The notes under the pieces were generated by a model. That model worked only from the letters and a program-made list of their open reading frames with translations. It made no database searches and had not been told where the DNA came from. 64,000 bases of DNA from the human T2T-CHM13v2.0 reference genome, Homo sapiens, in assembly GCF_009914755.1 (NCBI RefSeq), contig NC_060948.1. The stretch is one strand, 5' to 3'. Below, in pieces: positions 53,650-64,000 of the stretch; positions within the stretch are counted from its first letter, which is position 1; the number at the start of each line of letters is the position of its first letter. Position numbers and translations under genes: made by a program.

Positions 53650-56600
53650 ATGGAATCAAATCAATGGAATCTAATCAAATGGAATGGAAAGGAATTGAAT
53701 GGAGTAGATTGGATTGAATGGGATTGGAATGAAATGTACTGGAAAGGACTCGAATTTCATGAAACGGAATGGAATGAATTGGAACGGAATGGACTCGAAT
53801 GGAATGGAATGTCATGGAATGGCATCAAATGGAATGGCATCAAATGGAATGGAATCGAATGCAATGGAATGTTATGGAATGGAATGGAATGCATTGGAAT
53901 GGAATGTCCTCTAATGGAATGGATTCGAGTGGAATGGAATCGAATATAATGGAGTCGAATGAAATGGAATTGAAAGGAATGGGATCGAATAGAATGGAAT
54001 ATACTGGAATGTAATGTAATGAACTCGAATGTAATTGACTGGAATGGAATGTACATGAATGGAAGGTAATCGAATGGAAAGTAATCCAATGGAATAGAAT
54101 CTAATGCAATAAAACCGACTCAGATAGAGTAGAATGTAATGGAATGGAGTGCAGTGCAATGGAATGGAATGGAATTGAATGCAATGGAATGGAATGGAAT
54201 GGAATGGAATGGAATGGGATGGAATGGTATGGAATGGATAGAAATGGACTGGAGTGAAATGGACTGGAAAGGAATGGACTCAAATTGAAAGGGCTCGAAA
54301 GGAATGGAGTCAAATGGAATGGTCTGGAATGGAATGAACACGAATGTAATGCAATCCAATAGAATGGAATCGAATGGCATGGAATATAAAGAAATGGATA
54401 CGAAGAGAATGGAAACAAATGGAATGGAATTGAATGGAATGGAATTGAATGGAATGGGAACGAATGGAGTGAAATTGTATGCAGTAGAAGGGAATAGAAT
54501 GGAATGCAAGCGAAAGGAAAGGAATGGATTGGAATGGAATGGAATTCATTGGAATGGAAGGGAATTTAGTGTAATGGACAGGCCTGGAATAAAGTGGAAT
54601 GCTACGGTCTCGAATGGAATAAAAATGTATGGAATGGAATGCAATGAAACGGAATCGAATGTCATAGAATGTAATGGAATGCAACAAAATGGAATCCAAA
54701 ATCATTGACTGGAAAGGCTGGGTGTCGAAAGGAATTGACTCCAATGGAATGGAATCGAATGGAATGGAAGTGAATAGAATCGAACTAAATCGAATGGAAT
54801 GGAATTGATAGGAACGGAATGGAAAGGAATGCAATGATTTGGCATGGAATGGAATCGAATGGCATCGAATGGAATGGAATGGAATGCAATGGAATGGAAT
54901 GTATTAGAATGTAATGAACTTTAATGGAATGTACTCGAATGGATTCGACTGGAATGGAATGTTCTGGAAGTGAATGGACTCCAATGGAATGGATTCAAAA
55001 GGAATGGAATCGTACGGAATGGAATCTAATGGAATGGAATTAAATGGAAATGAATCAAATTGAATAGCACGGAATTGAATTGAATGGAATGGAATACAAT
55101 GGAATCTAATGAAACGGAAAGGAAAGGAATGGAATGGAATGGAATGGGCTGGAATGGAAGGGAGTGTAATGGAAGGTTCTCGAAAAAAATGGAATCGAAT
55201 GGAATGGAATTGAATGGAACGGAATAGAGTCGAATGGAATTGAATGGAATGGAATGGACTAGAGTGAAATGGAATCGAACCACAAGGAATGGAGAGGAAT
55301 AGAATGGTCTCGAATTGAATGGAATCATATGGAATGGCATCAAACGGAATGGAATGGACAGCCACGGAATGGAATGCACTCGAATGCAATGGAGTCGAAA
55401 CTAATGGACTGGAATAGAATGGACTCGACTGGTACGGACTCCAATGGAATGGAATCGAATGGAAGGGAATCGAACGGAATGGACTCGAAGGGAAAAGACT
55501 GCAATGGAAAGGTCTCGAATGGAATGGAAATTAATGGAATGGAATGGAATCGAATGAAATGGAGTCAAAAGGAATGGAATCGAATGGCAAGAAATCGAAT
55601 GTAATGGAATCGCAAGGAATTGATGTGAACGGAACGGAATGGAATGGAATCCAAAGGAATGGAATAGAATGGAATGGAATCGAATGGAAAGGACTCGAAT
55701 GGAAATCACTCGAATAGAATGCAATGTAATAAAATAGGATCAAATATAATGGAATGGAATGGAAAGGAATCGAAACGAAAGGAATGGAGACAGATGGAAT
55801 GGAATAGAACAGAGAGCAATGGTATAGAATGGAATGGAATCATCTGGAATGGAATTGAATGGAATGGAATAATATGAAATGGAATGGAATGGAATGGAAT
55901 GGAATGCCCTTGAATTAAATGGACTGGAATGGAATGGACTCGAACAGAGTGGAATGGAAAGTGTTGAGATAGAATGGAATGGACTCCTTTGGAATGGTGT
56001 AGTATGCAATGCAATCGACTGGCAGGGAATCAAAAGGAATGTAATCGAATGGATTGGACTGGAATGCAATGGACTCGAATAGATTGCAAACAGAATGCAA
56101 AGGAATGGAATGGAATAGTATGGAATGGAATGGAAAGGAATGGAGTGGAATAGACTAGAGTGGAATGGAATGGACTGGAAAGCAATGGACTGGAATGGAA
56201 CTTTCTTGAATAGACTGGAATCAAACGGAATGGAATGCAATGCAATCAATCGGCATGGAATAAAATAGAATGAAAGAGAATCAAATGGAATTGAATCGAA
56301 TGGAATCGAATGGATTGGAAAGGAATAGAATGGAATGGAATGGAATGGACTCAAATGGAATGGACTAGAATGGAATGGATTCGAATGGAAGGCAAAGGAA
56401 TGGAATCTATTGGAATGGACTGTAATGGAATGGAATGGAAGGGATTGGAATGGACTCGAATGGAATGGACTGCAATAGAAAGGATTCGAATGGAATGAAA
56501 AAGAATTGAATGGAATAGAACAGAATGGAATCAAATCGAATGAAATGGAATGGAATAGAAAGGAATGGAATGAAATGGAATGGAAAGGATTCGAATGGAA

Positions 56601-57138
56601 TACAATCGAATGGAATGGAATCGAACGGAATGGAATAAAATGGAAGAAAACTGGCAAGAAATGGAATCGAAATGAATGGAGTGTTATGGAACGGACTCAA
56701 AAGGAATTGAATGTAATAGAATGGAGTGGAGTGGACTCGAATATAATGGACTGGAATGGAATGAAATCACATGGAATGGGAACGAATGGAATGGAATGGA
56801 AAGGAATGGAATCGAATGGAAAGGAATCGAATGGAAGGGAATGAAATTGAATCAACAGGAATGGAAGGGAATAGAATAGACGGTAATGGAATGGACTCGA
56901 ATAGAATGGACACGAATGCTCAAATTGAATGGACTCGAATGGAATGGAAACGAAAGGAATGTCATCGAATGGAATTGAATCGATTGGAATGAAATCGCAT
57001 AGAATGGAGTGGAATCAAATGGAATTGAATCGAAAGGAAAGGAAGCGAATGGACTGAAATGAAATGGAATGGAATTGAATGGAAAGTAATGCAATGGAAT
57101 AGAATGGAACGAAATTTCACGGAACGGAATCAAACTGA
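53650..57138 (+). repeat. DYZ1 unit U16 (3489 bp) with 65-bp deletion
   Basis: Anchor spacing 53650->57139. Lacks the tgaagagact segment at ~55155. Confidence 0.93.
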
Positions 57139-60100
57139 ATGGAATCAAATCAATGGAATCCACTCAAATGGAATGGAAAGGAATTGAATGGAGTAGATTG
57201 GATTGGATGGGATTGGAATGAAATGTACTGGAAAGGACTCGAATTTCATGAAACGGAATGGAATGAATTGGAACGGAATGGACTCGAATGGAATGGAATG
57301 TCATGGAATGGCATCAAATGGTATGGCATCAAATGGAATGGAATCGAATGCAATGGAATGCTATGGAATGGAATGGAATGCATTGGAATGGAATGTCCTC
57401 TAATGGAATGGATTCGAGTGGAATGGAATCGAATATAATGGAGTCGAATGAAATGGAATTGAAAGGAATGGGATCGAATACAATGGAATATACTGGAATG
57501 TAATGTAATGAACTCGAATGTAATTGACTGGAATGGAATGTACATGAATGGAATGTAATCGAATGGAAAGTAATCCAATGGAATAGAATCTAATGCAATA
57601 AAATCGACTCAGATAGAGTAGAATGTAATGGAATGGAGTGCAGTGCAATGGAATGGAATGGAATGGAATGCAATGGAATGGAATGGAATGGAATGGAATG
57701 GAATGGAATGGAATGGGATGGGATGGAATGGTATGGAATGGATAGTAATGGACTGGAGTGAAATGGACTGGAAAGGAATGGACTCAAATTGAAAGGGCTC
57801 GAAAGGAATGGAGTCAAATGGAATGGTCTGGAATGGAATGAACACGAATGTAATGCAATCCAATAGAATGGAATCGAATGGCATGGAATATAAAGAAATG
57901 GAATCGGAGAGAATGGAAACAAATGGAATGGAATTGAATGGAATGGAATTGAATGGAATGGGAACGAATGGAGTGAAATTGTATGCAGTAGAAGGGAATA
58001 GAATGGAATGCAAGCGAAAGGAAAGGAATGGATTGGAATGGAATGGAATTCATTGGAATGGAAGGGAATGTAGTGTAATGGACAGGCCTGGAATAAAGTG
58101 GAATGCTACGGTCTCGAATGGAATAAAAATGTATGGAATGGAATGCAATGAAATGGAATCGAATGTCATAGAATGTAATGGAATGCAAAAAATGGAATCC
58201 AAAATCATTGACTGGAAAGGCTGGGTGTCGAAAGGAATTGACTCCAATGGAATGGAATCGAATGGAATGGAAGTGAATAGAATCGAACTAAATCGAATGG
58301 AATGGAATTGATAGGAACGGAATGGAAAGGAATGCAATGATTTGGCATGGAATGGAATCGAATGGCATCGAATGGAATGGAATGGAATGCAATGGAATGG
58401 AATGTATTAGAATGTAATGAACTTTAATGGAATGTACTCGAATGGATTCGACTGGAATGGAATGTTCTGGAAGTGAATGGACTCCAATGGAATGGATTCC
58501 AAAGGAATGGAATCGTACGGAATGGAATCTAATGGAATGGAATTAAATGGAAATGAATCAAATTGAATAGCATGGAATTGAATTGAATGGAATGGAATGC
58601 AATGGAATCTAATGAAACGGAAAGGAAAGGAATGGAATGGAATGGAATGGGCTGGAATGGAAAGGAATCGAAACGAATGGAATGGAATCGAACTGAAGAG
58701 ACTGGAATGGACTGCACTGGAATGGAAGGGAGTGTAATGGAAGGTTTTCGAAAAAAATGGAATCGAATGGAATGGAATTGAATGGAACGGAATAGAGTCG
58801 AATGGAATTGAATGGAATGGAATGGACTAGAGTGAAATGGAATCGAACCACAAGGAATGGAGAGGAATAGAATGGTCTCGAATTGAATGGAATCGTATGG
58901 AATGGCATCAAACGGAATGGAATGGGCAGCCACGGAATGGAATGCACTCGAATGCAATGGAGTCGAAACTAATGGACTGGAATAGAATGGACTCGACTGG
59001 TACGGACTCCAATGGAATGGAATCGAATGGAAGGGAATCGAACGGAATGGACTCGAAGGGAAAAGACTGCAATGGAAAGGTCTCGAATGGAATGGAAATT
59101 AATGGAATGGAATGGAATCGAATGAAATGGAGTCAAAAGGAATGGAATCGAATGGCAAGAAATCGAATGTAATGGAATCGCAAGGAATTGATGTGAACGG
59201 AACGGAATGGAATGGAATCCAAAGGAATGGAATAGAATGGAATGGAATCGAATGGAAAGGACTCGAATGGCAATCACTCGAATAGAATGCAATTTAATAA
59301 AATAGGATCAAATGTAATGGAATGGAATGGAAAGGAATCGAAACGAAAGGAATGGAGACAGATGGAATGGAATGGAACAGAGAGCAATGGTATAGAATGG
59401 AATGGAATCATCTGGAATGGAATTGAATGGAATGGAATAATATGAAATGGAATGGAATGGAATGGAATGGAATGGAATGCCCTTGAATTAAATGGACTGG
59501 AATGGAATGGACTCGAACAGAGTGGAATGGAAAGTGTTGAGATAGAATGGAATGGACTCCTTTGGAATGGTGTAGTATGCAATGCAATCGACTGGCAGGG
59601 AATCAAAAGGAATGTAATGGAATGGATTGGACTGGAATGCAATGGACTCGAATAGATTGGAAACGGAATGCAAAGGAATGGAATGGAATAGTATGGAATG
59701 GAATGGAAAGGAATGGAGTGGAATAGACTAGAGTGGAATGGAATGGACTGGAAAGCAATGGACTGGAATGGAACTTTCTTGAATGGACTGGAATCAAACG
59801 GAATGGAATGCAATGCAATCAAATGGCATGGAATAAAATAGAATGAAAGAGAATCAAATGGAATTGAATCGAATGGAATCGAATGGATTGGAAAGGAATA
59901 GAATGGAATGGAATGGAATGGACTAGAATGGAATGGATTCGAATGGAAGGCAAAGGAATGGAATCTATTGGAATGGACTGTAATGGAATGGAATGGAAGG
60001 GATTGGAATGGACTCGAATGGAATGGACTGCAATAGAAAGGATTCGAATGGAATGAAAAATAATTGAATGGAATAGAACAGAATGGAATCAAATCGAATG

Positions 60101-60696
60101 AAATGGAATGGAATAGAAAGGAATGGAATGAAATGGAATGGAAAGGATTCGAATGGAATGCAATCGAATGGAATGGAATCGAACGGAATGGAATAAAATG
60201 GAAGAAAACTGGCAAGAAATGGAATCGAAATGAATGGAGTGTTATGGAACGGACTCAAAAGGAATTGAATGTAATAGAATGGAGTGGAGTGGACTCGAAT
60301 ATAATGGACTGGAATGGAATGAAATCACATGGAATGGGAACGAATGGAATGGAATGGAAAGGAATGGAATCGAATGGAAAGGAATCGAATGGAAGGGAAT
60401 GAAATTGAATCAACAGGAATGGAAGGGAATAGAATAGACGGTAATGGAATGGACTCGAATAGAATGGACACGAATGCTCAAATTGAATGGACTCGAATGG
60501 AATGGAAACGAAAGGAATGTCATCGAATGGAATTGAATCGATTGGAATGAAATCGCATAGAATGGAGTGGAATCAAATGGAATTGAATCGAAAGGAAAGG
60601 AAGCGAATGGACTGAAATGAAATGGAATGGAATTGAATGGAAAGTAATGCAATGGAATAGAATGGAACGAAATTTCACGGAATGGAATCAAACTGA
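57139..60696 (+). repeat. DYZ1 unit U17 (3558 bp) with 1-bp and 15-bp deletions
   Basis: Anchor spacing 57139->60697. Only unit whose length is not 4 mod 5. Confidence 0.93.
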
Positions 60697-63600
60697 ATGG
60701 AATCAAATCAATGGAATCTAATCAAATGGAATGGAAAGGAATTGAATGGAGTAGATTGGATTGGATGGGATTGGAATGAAATGTACTGGAAAGGACTCGA
60801 ATTTCATGAAACGGAATGGAATGAATTGGAACGGAACGGACTCGAATGGAATGGAATGTCATGGAATGGCATCAAATGGAATGGCATCAAATGGAATGGA
60901 ATCGAATGCAATGGAATGTTATGGAATGGAATGGAATGCATTGGAATGGAATGTCCTCTAATGGAATGGATTCGAGTGGAATGGAATCGAATATAATGGA
61001 GTCGAATGAAATGGAATTGAAAGGAATGGGATCGAATAGAATGGAATATACTGGAATGTAATGTAATGAACTCGAATGTTATTGACTGGAATGGAATGTA
61101 CATGAATGGAAGGTAATCGAATGGAAAGTAATCCAATGGAATAGAATCTAATGCAATAAAATCGACTCAGATAGAGTAGAATGTAATGGAATGGAGTGCA
61201 GTGCAATGGAATGGAATGGAATTGAATGCAATGCAATGGAATGGAATGGAATGGAATGGAATGGAATGGAATGGAATGGAATGGGATGGAATGGTATGGA
61301 ATGGATAGTAATGGACTGGAGTGAAATGGACTGGAAAGGAATGGACTCAAATTGAAAGGGCTCGAAAGGAATGGAGTCAAATGGAATGGTCTGGAATGGA
61401 ATGAACACGAATGTAATGCAATCCAATAGAATGGAATCGAATGGCATGGAATATAAAGAAATGGATTCGAAGAGAATGGAAACAAATGGAATGGAATTGA
61501 ATGGAATGGAATTGAATGGAATGGGAACGAATGGAGTGAAATTGTATGCAGTAGAAGGGAATAGAATGGAATGCAAGCGAAAGGAAAGGAATGGATTGGA
61601 ATGGAATGGAATTCATTGGAATGGAAGGGAATGTAGTGTAATGGACAGGCCTGGAATAAAGTGGAATGCTACGGTCTCGAATGGAATAAAAATGTATGGA
61701 ATGGAATACAAAGAAACGGAATCGAATGTCATAGAATGTAATGGAATGCAACAAAATGGAATCCAAAATCATTGACTGGAAAGGCTGGGTGTCGAAAGGA
61801 ATTGACTCCAATGGAATGGAATCGAATGGAATGGAAGTGAATAGAATCGAACTAAATCGAATGGAATGGAATTGATAGGAACGGAATGGAAAGGAATGCA
61901 ATGATTTGGCATGGAATGGAATCGAATGGCATCGAATGGAATGGAATGGAATGCAATGGAATGGAATGTATTAGAATGTAATGAACTTTAATGGAATGTA
62001 CTCGAATGGATTCGACTGGAATGGAATGTTCTGGAAGTGAATGGACTCCAATGGAATGGATTCAAAAGGAATGGAATCGTACGGAATGGAATCTAATGGA
62101 ATGGAATTAAATGGAAATGAATCAAATTGAATAGCACGGAATTGAATTGAATGGAATGGAATGCAATGGAATCTAATGAAACGGAAAGGAAAGGAATGGA
62201 ATGGAATGGAATGGGCTGGAATGGAAAGGAATCGAAACGAATGGAATGGAATCGAACTGAAGAGACTGGAATGGAATGCACTGGAATGGAAGGGAGTGTA
62301 ATGGAAGGTTCTCGAAAAAAATGGAATCGAATGGAATGGAATTGAATGGAACGGAATAGAGTCGAATGGAATTGAATGGAATGGAATGGACTAGAGTGAA
62401 ATGGAATTGAACCACAAGGAATGGAGAGGAATAGAATGGTCTCGAATTGAATGGAATCGTATGGAATGGCATCAAACGGAATGGAATGGACAGCCACGGA
62501 ATGGAATGCACTCGAATGCAATGGAGTCGAAACTAATGGACTGGAATAGAATGGACTCGACTGGTACGGACTCCAATGGAATGGAATCGAATGGAAGGGA
62601 ATCGAACGGAATGGACTCGAAGGGAAAAGACTGCAATGGAAAGGTCTCGAATGGAATGGAAATTAATGGAATGGAATGGAATCGAATGAAATGGAGTCAA
62701 AAGGAATGGAATCGAATGGCAAGAAATCGAATGTAATGGAATCGCAAGGAATTGATGTGAACGGAACGGAATGGAATGGAATCCAAAGGAATGGAATAGA
62801 ATGGAATGGAATCGAATGGAAAGGACTCGAATGGAAATCACTCGAATAGAATGCAATTTAATAAAATAGGATCAAATGTAATGGAACGGAATGGAAAGGA
62901 ATCGAAACGAAAGGAATGGAGACAGATGGAATGGAATAGAACAGAGAGCAATGGTATAGAATGGAATGGAATCATCTGGAATGGAATTGAATGGAATGGA
63001 ATAATATGAAATGGAATGGAATGGAATGGAATGGAATGGAATGCCCTTGAATTAAATGGACTGGAATGGAATGGACTCGAACAGAGTGGAATGGAAAGTG
63101 TTGAGATAGAATGGAATGGACTCCTTTGGAATGGTGTAGTATGCAATGCAATCGACTGGCAGGGAATCAAAAGGAATGTAATCGAATGGATTGGACTGGA
63201 ATGCAATGGACTCGAATAGATTGGAAACGGAATGCAAAGGAATGGAATGGAATAGTATGGAATGGAATGGAAAGGAATGGAGTGGAATAGACTAGAGTGG
63301 AATGGAATGGACTGGAAAGCAATGGACTGGAATGGAACTTTCTTGAATGGACTGGAATCAAACGGAATGGAATGCAATGCAATCAAATGGCATGGAATAA
63401 AATAGAATGAAAGAGAATCAAATGGAATTGAATCGAATGGAATCGAATGGATTGGAAAGGAATAGAATGGAATGGAATGGAATGGACTCAAATGGAATGG
63501 ACTAGAAAGGAATGGATTCGAATGGAAGGCAAAGGAATGGAATCTATTGGAATGGACTGTAATGGAATGGAATGGAAGGGATTGGAATGGACTCGAATGG

Positions 63601-64000
63601 AATGGACTGCAATAGAAAGGATTCGAATGGAATGAAAAAGAATTGAATGGAATAGAACAGAATGGAATCATATCGAATGAAATGGAACGGAATAGAAAGG
63701 AATGGAATGAAATGGAATGGAAAGGATTCGAATGGAATGCAATCGAATGGAATGGAATCGAACGGAATGGAATAAAATGGAAGAAAACTGGCAAGAAATG
63801 GAATCGAAATGAATGGAGTGTTATGGAACGGACTCAAAAGGAATTGAATGTAATAGAATGGAGTGGAGTGGACTCGAATATAATGGACTGGAATGGAATG
63901 AAATCACATGGAATGGGAACGAATGGAATGGAATGGAAAGGAATGGAATCGAATGGAAAGGAATCGAATGGAAGGGAATGAAATTGAATCAACAGGAATG
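60697..64000 (+). repeat. DYZ1 unit U18 (truncated by window end)
   Basis: Anchor at 60697; all landmarks present up to the window edge. Confidence 0.92.

Larger units (their letters stand above)
1..64000 (+). repeat. DYZ1: Human satellite 3 (HSat3) tandem array, DYZ1 subfamily (Yq12 heterochromatin); GGAAT strand on +
   Basis: Continuous degenerate GGAAT pentamers. Landmarks (ggacaggcctgg, ggctgggtgtcg, gcccttgaatt, gactcagatagag) recur every ~3.56 kb. One HaeIII and one conserved EcoRI site per unit. Two units are 3564 bp, the known DYZ1 unit length. Assignment is by recognition, not by alignment. Confidence 0.95.

Noticed and set aside
150-63981. Hundreds of ORFs of 61-318 aa on both strands (MEWNG- and FHSIP-rich), including the recurring 305-aa minus-strand ORF
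   Set aside because: Pure GGAAT/ATTCC has no stop codon in any frame, so these peptides are just the 15-nt translation period. They overlap in all frames, and 5-bp indels freely frameshift them between units.
1-64000. CRISPR-like or prokaryotic repeat-spacer system
   Set aside because: There are no unique spacers, no constant 23-50-bp repeat and no cas-like genes. The sequence is a pentamer satellite throughout.
1-64000. DYZ2/HSat1B blocks, Alu or L1 insertions, or strand inversions
   Set aside because: No AT-rich or Alu-like sequence and no switch to the ATTCC strand is visible. Unit spacing leaves no room for insertions.
1-64000. HSat2 or chromosome 9 HSat3 assignment
   Set aside because: It lacks the dominant CATTCGATTC/ATGATG pattern of HSat2. 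The 3.56-kb unit with single HaeIII and EcoRI sites fits DYZ1.

Overview
The whole 64-kb window is one uninterrupted array of human satellite 3, built on a degenerate (GGAAT)n/(ATTCC)n pentamer. It is organised as about 18 head-to-tail copies of a ~3.56-kb unit (3489-3584 bp; two are exactly 3564 bp). By eye, each unit has one HaeIII GGCC and one conserved EcoRI GAATTC. This matches DYZ1 (the '3.4-kb HaeIII' male-specific repeat) of human Yq12 heterochromatin. I found no genes, RNA genes, transposons, DYZ2 blocks or inversions, and every listed ORF is an artefact of the stop-free pentamer (MEWNG/FHSIP peptides). I cannot support a novel gene system here. The main structure beyond the repeat itself is: (1) three perfect in-register nGAAnnTTCnnGAAn heat-shock elements per unit, 53 in the window by my reading; (2) a nested duplication history (a recent 10,722-bp three-unit duplication, a one-unit duplication, two-unit duplications and long-range shared haplotypes) with chimeric junction units; (3) microhomology-flanked deletions in multiples of 5 bp, a hypervariable pure (GGAAT)n tract and a CpG-decay signature. 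Unit boundaries are arbitrary, anchored at the recurring 'atggaatcaaatcaatgg' motif, and units are called U1-U18. All comparisons were made by eye, not by alignment.
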